From a virus (taxonomy: Duplodnaviria; Caudoviricetes): a DNA stretch of 52,522 nt. The translations under genes were made by a program, and so were the position numbers. The stretch lies in the IMG/VR virus record IMGVR_UViG_3300037150_000196, positions 1-52,522 of that record; one strand, 5' to 3'. This document shows positions 32,263 to 41,888 of this stretch, piece after piece. The notes beneath the pieces are model-generated. The model was not told where the DNA came from. It made no database searches and saw only the letters and a list, made by a program, of their open reading frames with translations. How positions within the stretch are numbered: the first letter of the stretch is position 1; each line of letters starts with the position of its first letter.

Positions 32263-32795
32263 TAAATTGGCTTAAGTTTATCATTAAGAACTGGCGCACC
32301 ACGCTGGATTGAGTCATGTATCTCGTTTACTTTTTTTAGAACTTCACCGTGATGATCATTTTCACTAAAACCATCTTTTAGTAAGCTAAAAACCATATCA
32401 AAGTTATTAGTATCTTGAGCATAATGATCAGAAAAGTTTTTGCGCAATTCAACAAGTTCTTTCCGTGAATTAGATAGCTCTTGGAGAATGTTTGTAATGT
32501 TTTTATTGAAATCTGGATCACGGAGAGCTAGTGTCTCTTGGAGAATTTGAACTTTACCTATCTGCTGATTTAATTGAGCAGTAGTAGCGTCGTATTTTTT
32601 AGCCAAACCTTCTTGGGTTTGCTTCATATAATCAATATCCCTACGTTGAGAATCTACTAATGCCGACAAAGTATCTACTGTCTCTTTTTTAGCATCTGAA
32701 TTACCTCTTGAGCCATATGCCCAGAAGAACGTATAAACGATTGCACCACCAGCCACTAAAGCTGCAGGGATTTGCCAGTAGAGATTAACGTCCAT
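32262..32795 (-). CDS. Membrane-anchored coiled-coil protein (lysis module)
   Basis: N-terminal TM then heptad-like helix; lies between tail and lysin genes. Confidence 0.6.
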   Translation of the reverse strand: MDVNLYWQIPAALVAGGAIVYTFFWAYGSRGNSDAKKETVDTLSALVDSQRRDIDYMKQTQEGLAKKYDATTAQLNQQIGKVQILQETLALRDPDFNKNITNILQELSNSRKELVELRKNFSDHYAQDTNNFDMVFSLLKDGFSENDHHGEVLKKVNEIHDSIQRGAPVLNDKLKPI

Positions 32796-32852
32796 TCTTA
32801 TAATCTTTATTTATTGAACTGTCACCGTAATCATATGAACCTAAGCCTGCCA

Positions 32853-33752
32853 TTACCAACCTATTGCTATCCACAGAATATCAATGTCTCCTGTATTAAC
32901 CGACGTACCGTCAGGCGTATTCCAGGCCCATATTGTAGCAAAAGATGCGTTCGTATAAGTATTACTGTCATCTATTACCTGAAGGCCTATTGTGGTATTA
33001 CTTGGACCAGCTATAACAGGGAGGAAACACAGTAGCCCATTAGGAAATGAGTTAGGAAAATTTATTGTAGCGTTACCATGAGAGTTAGTGGTCACTGTAG
33101 TCTTGCCTGCCTGCATAAGAAAGTTACTAGAACCTACCGCTGGGGGATTACCACCACCTGTGCTAGCTGCTGCCCCAAATAAATTAAACGGTACTGTGCC
33201 AGCCGCTAATGAAGAACCATTGACGGTTAACTTTGGTCTTACGTCAGTAATATTTGCGGTAATAATAGAACTAAATCCATTGGCCACAGCGATATTGGCC
33301 AAGACTATAAAAGGATTTGAAGCCCCGATATAAGACTCAATTGCGGCGTTGTTGGGCGCAACTGGTGAACCTGAAGGTGTACCAGCTACAACATCTATTA
33401 AAAATGCTCCAGGGTTATCGTTGGAACTTGAAGACACAACACTCAAATTAACATAAGCAACAATTACATCTATACGAGCCGAGCCTGAAGTATTGTTGGC
33501 TATAGTGATATTTCCAGTTGTTGGTAGCCAACACTCATAAGAATAGGTTGAAGCAGATGGAGAGAGGGAGCCAATAATACAGTTACCAACCGCTACAGCG
33601 ACGGTTTTATTGGGAGTTCCTTGGGCGGTGACTAAGAGATCACCCGAGGCAATTACGCCATTATAACCAAGAAAAGCACTGAGAGTTTGGGTTAAACCTT
33701 GTTCAGAGGTCTTGCCTCCGTTTCTGTTTGCCAACTGGCCGCTTAAACTCAT
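32853..33752 (-). CDS. Tail tip/fibre protein with a gp53-like C-terminal domain
   Basis: RIDVIVA, LA.I.V...I....ITD.R and C-terminal FP.SFPN...WIAIGW. Confidence 0.7.
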   Translation of the reverse strand: MSLSGQLANRNGGKTSEQGLTQTLSAFLGYNGVIASGDLLVTAQGTPNKTVAVAVGNCIIGSLSPSASTYSYECWLPTTGNITIANNTSGSARIDVIVAYVNLSVVSSSSNDNPGAFLIDVVAGTPSGSPVAPNNAAIESYIGASNPFIVLANIAVANGFSSIITANITDVRPKLTVNGSSLAAGTVPFNLFGAAASTGGGNPPAVGSSNFLMQAGKTTVTTNSHGNATINFPNSFPNGLLCFLPVIAGPSNTTIGLQVIDDSNTYTNASFATIWAWNTPDGTSVNTGDIDILWIAIGW

Positions 33753-33761
33753 ATTACTTAA

Positions 33762-33790
33762 AGCGTAAAGCTAATAATTTAATTGGTCAA
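33762..33790 (-). promoter_or_regulatory. Late-type promoter (probably leaderless)
   Basis: TTGACC-17-TACGCT, 9 nt before the ATG at 33752. Confidence 0.55.
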
Positions 33791-34048
33791 GACATTAGTA
33801 TGGTAACTATACCCTCATAACATGCTATATGGTATAAGGGAAAAGTGATAGGGCGGCGTTCTTACACTTGTGCCAATATCAAAAAACTAGTACGCTTGTG
33901 TTATGAGTGATCAAATGTACAATCTTCCGCTTGAGAGGGATACGGAAACCTTGATAGATAGGACACTGGAAAATCTTGGCTGGGTTGACGATCCAAAAAG
34001 CCAAGATAGGAATGTATACAAACAACATACCGTTTAAAGTTTTACGTG

Positions 34049-34702
34049 TCAAGGTGTTAGTAATTTTTCCCAAGCTCCAAAATTATCACTAGAACTATCC
34101 TCTAGGTTGGCATCTAATATCCTAACTGGATATCCCTCATAGGTAGTGGGGTCGGGTGAATAAGAACTACAGTAAGCCAGGGGGCCTAAATAGTTGACAC
34201 TATAGACTACACACTGTGGGGTAATACCCCCTACTGGGTCTACATTACACATATCGCCTGGATCGCAGACATCTACCATCTGTTGGGAACCACCATTAGC
34301 ATAAGATACACCAGAATTTTGATCACACGAACTAGGATCAGTAGAAACGCCATCAACACAAGCAGATCCGTCCATAGTCGTACTCGTTGGCTGAACTGTC
34401 GGAGTTACTGCTACAGTTTTTGGCTCTATAACAGAAGTTGGGGTAAGAACTTTAGGAGCTACAACTGAAGTAGAACTAGCTGGTTTGGTTGCTACTGGGG
34501 CTGTTACGGTTGGGGTAGACTTTACGGGCGTGGTGGCTACCGTTGGAGTAGTAGATGTAGGCTTAACGACTTCGGTAATAGGTTTTTGATTACTTAAAAC
34601 GTCAACTCGTTTATTCAAGTGGTACAAAGAATAACCCCCCAAAGAGGCGGCACTAACAGAGGCTACTATTCCAGCACTTATTAATAATACCTTTAGATTC
34701 AT
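34049..34702 (-). CDS. Secreted or membrane-anchored moron protein with a Thr/Pro linker and Cys-rich domain
   Basis: N-terminal hydrophobic segment. Own TTTACA-16-TATTAT promoter 7 nt before the ATG. Confidence 0.65.
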   Translation of the reverse strand: MNLKVLLISAGIVASVSAASLGGYSLYHLNKRVDVLSNQKPITEVVKPTSTTPTVATTPVKSTPTVTAPVATKPASSTSVVAPKVLTPTSVIEPKTVAVTPTVQPTSTTMDGSACVDGVSTDPSSCDQNSGVSYANGGSQQMVDVCDPGDMCNVDPVGGITPQCVVYSVNYLGPLAYCSSYSPDPTTYEGYPVRILDANLEDSSSDNFGAWEKLLTP

Positions 34703-34744
34703 AAAGTTAATAATAACCTTTTTAGCAAGTTTGTAAATAGGTGT

Positions 34745-35011
34745 TTATATAACTGGTTCGACAATACTACTTGTGCCGGTAACTGTTTCGGTATCGGTAA
34801 CTACTGGCTCTATGGTTTGGGTTCCGTCTTCACTGGTTATTACTTGATAGTTTTGTGGATTATTTAAGCAGTCGTTAAACTGATCAGTGGTCATATAACT
34901 AACGTCTATCGTACTTATTAACTTATTATCTGGGCTGCCATTAAAGGGAATACCAATACCATTAGCAAAAATAATACTCTGATCCTGGTAAACTAAAGCT
35001 TCACGTTTCAT
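34745..35011 (-). CDS. Small tail-region protein
   Basis: Contiguous with the minor tail genes. Confidence 0.55.
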   Translation of the reverse strand: MKREALVYQDQSIIFANGIGIPFNGSPDNKLISTIDVSYMTTDQFNDCLNNPQNYQVITSEDGTQTIEPVVTDTETVTGTSSIVEPVI

Positions 35012-35497
35012 TTAACTTTGTGCGGAGTCTGGTGGCGCTCCGATATATCTAAACCTTAATCTTATTATAACGCCTATGGAACTACCACTGTTATTAGTGA
35101 TTGTCATTACATAGGCGTTCTTAGTATAAAAAGTATTAGACCCATAGGGCAATACCTGAGTAAAATCATAGCTATATCCAGAGACTATCGGTACTAACCC
35201 CATATCCAAACCTCCAAATCCCTGAAAGTAATCATTAGCACTTGAAACTGAGCCATTATAAACAGACCACTCACACATGGATAGAAGATCCCAATCACCA
35301 CTTGGGTTTAAATAAACAAGTGGATCAAAATACCATGTAATACCATTATTGATAGTTATTAAACTCGTAACGTATTCACTGCTACCCTGGACAGTAGTTA
35401 CTTGAACTGCTTTCAATTGTTTTAAATCCTTCTGCATATCTAAAATCTGCTGCTGTAGGTAATTATTGGGTCCTTTTTTAATGACGTTCTTACTCAT
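35012..35497 (-). CDS. Minor tail protein
   Basis: Follows the Tal-like gene; N-terminal coiled coil. Confidence 0.6.
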   Translation of the reverse strand: MSKNVIKKGPNNYLQQQILDMQKDLKQLKAVQVTTVQGSSEYVTSLITINNGITWYFDPLVYLNPSGDWDLLSMCEWSVYNGSVSSANDYFQGFGGLDMGLVPIVSGYSYDFTQVLPYGSNTFYTKNAYVMTITNNSGSSIGVIIRLRFRYIGAPPDSAQS

Positions 35498-36630
35498 TAT
35501 CCTGCTAAAGTTAAACTTAATTGCTCGGTATTACTATCATCAACTGTCCAGGTATATGATTCGACTCGGTAGTTGTTCCCATCTAAGTCCTCAAAACTAT
35601 CCTGATTGGCTGCAACTCTAAAGACCAACTGATCTCCGATATTTATTTGAGTTATGTCTGGGCCAATTACACCGTCTAAAACTAATTCGGGAACTATAAT
35701 AACAGAAGATAAGGCGGTTGCATCGGCTGTTGCTTGAGATTGGAGCATATCTTGATTAGTTATATCACTATAACTATTAACCGTTGTCTGAAGTCCTAGG
35801 TCGCTCTGCTGAGAGGCTGTATTGGTTCCAGTGGCTTCCAACGTACCAGAACCTTGTCCAATAACATTATTTGCCAGATTGGTTCCATCATCTGTTACGG
35901 TAAGTTGAATCGGTGTACCAGGAATCATAATTGGTATATCTGGTCGGGTCGTTCCGATACCAGGATAGTAAATATTAAGAATCTTGTCCCAAGTAATCTC
36001 CATATCAAAACTACCCTCCATCTCCGTCAACTCCGTAAGGGCGTCCTTAATACACTTGAACTGAAGATAGGTACAGGTTTGATCATTACTTGTCTGAACC
36101 GTTCCTACGGTAATATTGGTAATTGCTGGTTGGGCGTATTGGGCGGCTTGAGCGTTGGCTAAAAGAGCTAGAGCGATCTGTCCACCGTCAGTAGTACCAG
36201 CACTATAATCCAAAGCTGAGTTAATGGTAATCTGATTAGGCGCAGCGTTATAGTAGTATCTTGCCAGTAAACCAAGCCAACCTAAAGCGACAATCACCAC
36301 CGTTCTGTTGCCGTCCTCTAAACCTCTTTGTAATGACTGAATTTGACCAGCTCCAATACAGGCAAACTCACCAGTGACTTTACTGATTTTATAAATCCTT
36401 AATTCATTAACTCTGACGTTAACTAGATTCCTAATATTAGTTCCTAACGTAACGGCCAATTCGTGCATCTTATCTAAACTACACTGAACCTGTAATTGAT
36501 CGGCGTCGTTTCTAGTTTTGATAATTTGTTTTGCTAAGTCCAAGCCGGTTAAATCAACAACCAAGTTACCGGACGGATCGTATATTTGAACCTTATAAAT
36601 AGATTGGTTGTTCATTAAATACCTGCCCAA
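35497..36630 (-). CDS. Tail hub/Tal-like minor tail protein (ReqiPepy6 Gp37-like)
   Basis: Follows Dit. Motifs GWLGLLAR, G.FD.EIT, AN.V.G.G, IGD and YRV. Confidence 0.7.
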   Translation of the reverse strand: MGRYLMNNQSIYKVQIYDPSGNLVVDLTGLDLAKQIIKTRNDADQLQVQCSLDKMHELAVTLGTNIRNLVNVRVNELRIYKISKVTGEFACIGAGQIQSLQRGLEDGNRTVVIVALGWLGLLARYYYNAAPNQITINSALDYSAGTTDGGQIALALLANAQAAQYAQPAITNITVGTVQTSNDQTCTYLQFKCIKDALTELTEMEGSFDMEITWDKILNIYYPGIGTTRPDIPIMIPGTPIQLTVTDDGTNLANNVIGQGSGTLEATGTNTASQQSDLGLQTTVNSYSDITNQDMLQSQATADATALSSVIIVPELVLDGVIGPDITQINIGDQLVFRVAANQDSFEDLDGNNYRVESYTWTVDDSNTEQLSLTLAG

Positions 36631-37484
36631 GTATTATAGTACGTTAGAACACACTTGGCGTCATCTCCACCACCACCCGACGTATAAGAGATTGTATTGT
36701 TACCCGGTTGTATACCCCACCAACTCGAACCATCTTGAACGTATAAAAGAGCTGAAACACCGTTAAGTAGAACTGTTTTATTCTGTGGATCAATTACCAA
36801 AGTATCCGTCGAGATCATGGTCAAATTAAAGGAAATATACTGACTCGTTGTCTGATTAACTATAAGAGGATTGGTCGCTATTCCTGTAATGGTGATAATG
36901 GGGTAGGCGGTGACGTTTCCGGCGTTATTAGCTGTCCCGACATTTCCTGTTCCAGCCGCAAAGACAATTGGAACGTCGACTGGCAGGATAAACCCACCAC
37001 CTGTTGCTAACTGAAGCGTTAAAGACTGCTGATTGTTATAATCAAAGAACCAATCATTACAGATAATATCGAGAGAGAATGGTGCGTTAGTTAAAAATTG
37101 ATCGGGTAATAGAATGTTAGTAATTTGCCCAGTAACCGCATAAGTATTACCATCGTCAGTCGTGAACAAACAAGTCTTTTGTTGAAGCACCCCACTATTG
37201 TTGCGAGTTGCTTGTTGGAGACTGGATATATTCTGACGCATTGTAGTATAGTCATCTACACCTGCCGTGGCGGCGACAATCCCGTCTAAGTGAATCGTCC
37301 GTTGTCCTTGGAAAATATTAGCAATAAATACCCCGTCTTCACCGGCACGATTAAACTGTGTAACACGTTGGGGAACTTCGGCAATACCAGGAATGGGCGT
37401 GTAGACGTAATAGTGACACGTTGAGTCGGTTACATCGTGAATTTTTAGGTTAGAACCTGTTGAGTCTAGTATTATTGTTTTCAT
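36615..37484 (-). CDS. Distal tail protein (Dit)
   Basis: Follows the tape measure gene. R.G.DG...RTI.L.G, N.G.V.AYP.I.I.G...NP, L.ID and PG.N.I. Confidence 0.8.
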   Translation of the reverse strand: MKTIILDSTGSNLKIHDVTDSTCHYYVYTPIPGIAEVPQRVTQFNRAGEDGVFIANIFQGQRTIHLDGIVAATAGVDDYTTMRQNISSLQQATRNNSGVLQQKTCLFTTDDGNTYAVTGQITNILLPDQFLTNAPFSLDIICNDWFFDYNNQQSLTLQLATGGGFILPVDVPIVFAAGTGNVGTANNAGNVTAYPIITITGIATNPLIVNQTTSQYISFNLTMISTDTLVIDPQNKTVLLNGVSALLYVQDGSSWWGIQPGNNTISYTSGGGGDDAKCVLTYYNTWAGI

Positions 37485-37488
37485 CTAA

Positions 37489-39675
37489 TTACATTAATGC
37501 GTTCTTCACGGAAAACGCCATGCTTCTTGCAATAGCATTCGGGTCTTGGGGGGTCGAAAAGTTGTTATTCTGATTAATTACCACTTGGGAGCTGTTAGAT
37601 GTTTGACCAGCTGGTGTAACCGTTACTTTCTCCCCTGATTGAGCAAAAACACCACCGCCTAACGGGTAAGAATCATTAGGAAAACCTTGTGGCACTATAA
37701 AAGAACCACCAGAAGCTAAGCCAATTTTACTAAGAATAGAACCAGCAGCACCAGTAATTCCCTTGAAACCGTTCTCAATATCGGTCACTAAAGTAGAACC
37801 AGTTCCACTAATTGCCTTACCAATATCCGCTGGCATACCTTTGAATAGATTAATCACCCAGTTATAGGCAGTAACAAACGGAGTGGTAATATCCGTCCAA
37901 ACACTACTTAACCAGGTTACGGTAGCGTTCCAAGCGTCTTTAACTGCATCTTTAATTTTATTCCAATATAAAGCTGTCCATTTAAGAACTTTGTCCCATG
38001 CATCATTTACTGCCGTGGGAAGATTTTCAAACCAACTAATTACAGACTCGATCCATTTAATTACATCAGCTATTGCATTTGAAACAAGCGCCAAACCTCT
38101 AACCAAAAGATCTAAAGTGACTATTATTATCTGGATAGCAGCGTCTAGTACTACTCCAATAATAGCGGCAATCACTTTTATTGGTGGTCCAAGAGTATTC
38201 CAAAGATTTTCTAAAGCAGGTAGTAACTTACTTTTTATGTCATCCCAAAGTATCTCTAATTCACCACGTATTTGTTTGAAAGCCTCTTTAACAAACTTTA
38301 TAGAAGCGCTATTTCCATCAAACCACTTCTTTAATTCACTGAGAGTTGTGGAGATTTTCTTAAAGTTAAGAGCTACTAAAATAGCTATATCTATAATAGG
38401 GTTGAATACTTCAAAGAATAATAAGAAAACAGTTATAAAATCAGCTACATCTTTTTTATGTGCGTTTAGATAGTCAAATACTATTTTAATAGCGCTCTCA
38501 AAGGTAGGCCACGCCTCTTCGGCTACTTTGATAATAGCTTTAGCTATGGTCTCTATATCGTTCTTTAATATTTCGAGTCCTGGTTTGACGTAGTCAAAAG
38601 CTAGTTTTAATCCATTAAGAGCATCTTCACCAGCCTGCTTTAGTTTAGGCCAATATTTTTCAGCCAATGGGATAAGTTTTATAGCTTCATCTTCTAAGGC
38701 CATACCAATTTTAGTTAAAGCAGCATAAAACTTTTGACCAAACTCTACCTCAAGGGGATCCATCTGAGCCTTTAACTCAGCTAGTTTACCAGAAAAGGTG
38801 TTGGTCGCAGCCGTTGCGTCTCCACCTACTACCGTTGCTAGGTCTTGCATCTCAAGGGCCTGAGCTCCTGCGGTATTTCCAGCCTTTTCCATAGCCTTAA
38901 CAGCAGCGACTTGAGCTGGAGTAAAGTTTACCATTTGACGAGTAAAAGCAGTTATGCCGGTAGCTGGGTCTTCTAAAGCCTTACCAAGTGCTTTACTTGC
39001 TTGAGTTAACTGTTGAGTTGAGGGTGTACCGCCTTTAGCCATACGAGTTGCTAGGTCATCTACTAAAGAAATTGACTCAGGTAGAGACTTTTTATTAATA
39101 GCACTATATCCCATTAAAGCCTGTTCAACGGCTTGATTGCTAACCCCAGTAATAGTGGTTCCCTTGGCGGTACTATCAGCTAAAGCGTCAAGTTGAGAGA
39201 TATTCATACCAATTGCGTCATTAGTATTCTTTAACGTCTGGGTCATCAAGGCATTAGAACTTTGAAATAAGTCCGTTGCTGTTTTTACATCACCTATAAA
39301 GGCTTTACCACCTTCGTACAAACCAAACATCGCTGCTAAAGGAATAATAGTTTTGGCAATAGAACCGCCTAGTAAGTCAAACCCACCAGAGCTTTCGGCT
39401 GCAGCTGAGCCCGCGGCTTCTGTTTCAGCTCCAGCTGCGTCAGCACTAGCACCCATCTCAGCTAGTTTAGGAGCAGCACTACCAGCGGCAAAACCAGCAC
39501 CTTCAAAAGCTCCACTCATACCTTCTGTTGCAACACTAGCCTCTTCTGTCGCTGCCGTAACAGCTGCACCCATTTCTTCAGTGGTAGCTCCTAGTTCAGC
39601 CATAGAAGATTCAGCCGCTGTAATACCGGCTGGATCAAAGACTGTATTAATAGATACTATTAGATCGTTTGGCAT
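37489..39675 (-). CDS. Tape measure protein (728 aa)
   Basis: Ala-rich helical protein with W/F periodicity, LGKAL.DP..G and a C-terminal GLASGG...E.V.V.P. Follows the chaperone pair. Confidence 0.88.
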   Translation of the reverse strand: MPNDLIVSINTVFDPAGITAAESSMAELGATTEEMGAAVTAATEEASVATEGMSGAFEGAGFAAGSAAPKLAEMGASADAAGAETEAAGSAAAESSGGFDLLGGSIAKTIIPLAAMFGLYEGGKAFIGDVKTATDLFQSSNALMTQTLKNTNDAIGMNISQLDALADSTAKGTTITGVSNQAVEQALMGYSAINKKSLPESISLVDDLATRMAKGGTPSTQQLTQASKALGKALEDPATGITAFTRQMVNFTPAQVAAVKAMEKAGNTAGAQALEMQDLATVVGGDATAATNTFSGKLAELKAQMDPLEVEFGQKFYAALTKIGMALEDEAIKLIPLAEKYWPKLKQAGEDALNGLKLAFDYVKPGLEILKNDIETIAKAIIKVAEEAWPTFESAIKIVFDYLNAHKKDVADFITVFLLFFEVFNPIIDIAILVALNFKKISTTLSELKKWFDGNSASIKFVKEAFKQIRGELEILWDDIKSKLLPALENLWNTLGPPIKVIAAIIGVVLDAAIQIIIVTLDLLVRGLALVSNAIADVIKWIESVISWFENLPTAVNDAWDKVLKWTALYWNKIKDAVKDAWNATVTWLSSVWTDITTPFVTAYNWVINLFKGMPADIGKAISGTGSTLVTDIENGFKGITGAAGSILSKIGLASGGSFIVPQGFPNDSYPLGGGVFAQSGEKVTVTPAGQTSNSSQVVINQNNNFSTPQDPNAIARSMAFSVKNALM

Positions 39676-39682
39676 TAGTTAA

Positions 39683-39712
39683 AGCGTACTCCTAGACTAA
39701 TCAGTCTGACAA
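39683..39712 (-). promoter_or_regulatory. Late-type promoter of the tape measure gene
   Basis: TTGTCA-18-TACGCT, 7 nt before the ATG. Confidence 0.5.
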
Positions 39713-39714
39713 GA

Positions 39715-39915
39715 TTATTTTTTGCCATACTTGGTTTTGACTTGCTCTTCGGTGTCCATAAAGTGCATATCCTGATTGTAGATATTAAGCGGTGTTTCTA
39801 AAAACTGTTGATAGCCTATACCCATATTTCGGCGATAGGCAAAGAACGTATAACTAAGAGGTGGGCTGACTGACGGCTTCTGTCCCTTCGCTTGGCTCAC
39901 TAGAAACATCGTCAA
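39715..39915 (-). CDS. Tail assembly chaperone, frameshifted C-terminal extension (GT-like)
   Basis: Overlaps the end of 39854..40228, starting right after an A9 run (39916-39924). Confidence 0.65.
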   Translation of the reverse strand: MTMFLVSQAKGQKPSVSPPLSYTFFAYRRNMGIGYQQFLETPLNIYNQDMHFMDTEEQVKTKYGKK

Positions 39916-40228
39916 TTTTTTTTTCCTCTCCTTTAGTAAGCTGACCGTAATCGATTTGTTTACTTAGGAAAGTAAAATCAGTAACCTGTAATTGCTTCAC
40001 GCTCTCTACGGTAATAGGTAAAATCTGATCGTCTGAACCTGTAATATTCCAGGAGATTATCGCTTTGGTTAAAAGTTGTAAACTTTTTTCCATATTGCTG
40101 GCAGATTCGTCTATATCTACTAGCGAACCAACGGAGATTCCTTTATTAATCTCTACGATAGCCGGATCTCCATCAATACTTGACGGTAGCGTTACCTTAA
40201 CAATTCCTGCTGTGTTGATCTTTGGCAT
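39854..40228 (-). CDS. Tail assembly chaperone
   Basis: Between tail tube and tape measure genes; I.SWN.......LPIT.E....L motif. Confidence 0.75.
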   Translation of the reverse strand: MPKINTAGIVKVTLPSSIDGDPAIVEINKGISVGSLVDIDESASNMEKSLQLLTKAIISWNITGSDDQILPITVESVKQLQVTDFTFLSKQIDYGQLTKGEEKKIDDVSSEPSEGTEAVSQPTS

Positions 40229-40259
40229 ATTCCTCCTTTTTGTTTATTCTACTCTAAAA

Positions 40260-41651
40260 CTAAACTGTCGCCAGGGTGTTAATTACTTTTACGTCAAAAG
40301 CCTGTGAATCACTTTGGCTTAATACTGGTACATAAGTAGCGTCAATATAGAGTAACTCATTTACCTTGCTTTCTGGGTCGAGTTTAGTACTGGCATAAAT
40401 CTTGTTAAGAGTTAAACGAAGTTCGTAAGAACCGGAATAGCTTCTAATAACCAACGCACCTGAAGCGGTAACTGATTTAAAGGTAGCCATATCAGTTGGG
40501 GAGTCAAAGAACTTCTTAATATTCAAGGATACATCGGCTTCTTTGCGTGGTAAGGAGGCTGGGTCGATCGTGCCTGAACGGTGTTCACCACCGGCGCTAT
40601 TAAACTCCCACTTCACTTCATAACCTGAACCGTCTTCTACTTGCGTCTGTGTGGCCACTAGAGCGGTTGCAGCGGTTGATCCGAAGCAGAATTGGGTACT
40701 TGACCATTCAAACGGTGAAAGTAGGCTGTAGGACGGAGTTTGGGGGGCTATAGAGACTATATCACCGGCAGCGTTTGCAGTTACGTTAGTCGTGGTGGTA
40801 ATTGTCGTTCCGCTAGGAATGGAGGCAACGGTAAACTTCGTATAAGAGTTACCTGATACAGAATAGATTTGAAGCGTGTCACCAACCACCAAACCGGTTG
40901 TTGGGTTTGGATCATAAGCAGTGCTAAAAGTAATCGTATAAGGATTTGAACCAGTAGGCGTAATTGAGATTGCACGAGGTGAGAATGAACCAATCGCCGA
41001 GACTGAGACGGCTAGTTCCATCTTATTCTTATTAAAACTTGGTTTAATTCCAGAAGCCTTAACACCAAAGTAACGAATAACATGAAGACCTTTTAGAATA
41101 TCAAGCGTATAAGAAGCTGAATCAGACGAACCTGGCATGGCAAAGTTGTGTTGGTAACTAGTAGTCCCAGCAGTGAAAGCTGAGAATGTAATATTACCCG
41201 TTGGGGTTCCTGAAACGTATGTTAAAGTACCGCTTGCACTTGGCGCTCCAGTACCTTGAGCGACTAGGGTTGTACTACTAGAAACGGCTGATGTAACCGT
41301 AAAAGTAACACCATTATTGGTATAGGTAGCTCCAGCACTTGCACTGGCACTAGCAATCGTAAAAGTATAAGTGTTAAGAGTAGCGGCTTTATTTAAGAGC
41401 ATATTAAACCAAAGAGCGGCGGTGTTTGGTTCGCCCATAACAGTTAAGGCGCCCATATGTTCGCGTTGACCTTGGTATACGGCATAGTTGGCATAAGGTA
41501 CGCCGGCGATCACTTTATCAGTATCGAGTTTAATATCGGTCTGCATTGTATCCGAGTACAACGGGAAAAAGATACTTGGCGTGACTGCCGTACCAAAAGT
41601 TGTTTCTTTGCCTAACGCTCCATACCCTAAATCACTTAATCTTTCGCTCAT
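40260..41651 (-). CDS. Tail tube (major tail) protein with inserted beta domains
   Basis: GKETTFGTAVTP N-terminus, Y.H.F and SYTL...G motifs; precedes the chaperones. Confidence 0.8.
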   Translation of the reverse strand: MSERLSDLGYGALGKETTFGTAVTPSIFFPLYSDTMQTDIKLDTDKVIAGVPYANYAVYQGQREHMGALTVMGEPNTAALWFNMLLNKAATLNTYTFTIASASASAGATYTNNGVTFTVTSAVSSSTTLVAQGTGAPSASGTLTYVSGTPTGNITFSAFTAGTTSYQHNFAMPGSSDSASYTLDILKGLHVIRYFGVKASGIKPSFNKNKMELAVSVSAIGSFSPRAISITPTGSNPYTITFSTAYDPNPTTGLVVGDTLQIYSVSGNSYTKFTVASIPSGTTITTTTNVTANAAGDIVSIAPQTPSYSLLSPFEWSSTQFCFGSTAATALVATQTQVEDGSGYEVKWEFNSAGGEHRSGTIDPASLPRKEADVSLNIKKFFDSPTDMATFKSVTASGALVIRSYSGSYELRLTLNKIYASTKLDPESKVNELLYIDATYVPVLSQSDSQAFDVKVINTLATV

Positions 41652-41851
41652 TATTTAGTGTCCTCTTTTTCTACTAGTTGGGTTGGGGCGACCACTGGAA
41701 TAACCTCTTTAATTGCTGGTGCAATTTTAGGCTCACTCACAACCTCAAAATTTTTGTTATTTAATTCTTTTGCTTCAATAATCTCTTCCGGCTCAACAAT
41801 CCCATGTCCGAGAAGGTGCTGAACTAAACCGCTAATGTTTTTATACTTCAT
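41651..41851 (-). CDS. Small virion-associated protein
   Basis: Preceded by the promoter at 41859-41888 and coupled to the tail tube gene. Confidence 0.6.
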   Translation of the reverse strand: MKYKNISGLVQHLLGHGIVEPEEIIEAKELNNKNFEVVSEPKIAPAIKEVIPVVAPTQLVEKEDTK

Positions 41852-41858
41852 TATCTTA

Positions 41859-41888
41859 AGTGTGGGGGTTTATTAAGGACGGTGTCAA
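41859..41888 (-). promoter_or_regulatory. Late-type promoter (probably leaderless)
   Basis: TTGACA-18-CACACT with ACCCC, 7 nt before the ATG at 41851. Confidence 0.6.

Noticed and set aside
33879-34073. 64-aa minus-strand ORF after the moron gene
   Set aside because: TTG start without a convincing SD and no motif; cannot be supported from sequence alone.
37883-39682. Long antisense ORFs in the tape measure gene (also 17131..17472, 47174..47677, 48181..48618)
   Set aside because: Low-complexity shadows with no domain motifs, unlike 5082..5786, which has a coherent HTH+nuclease signature.
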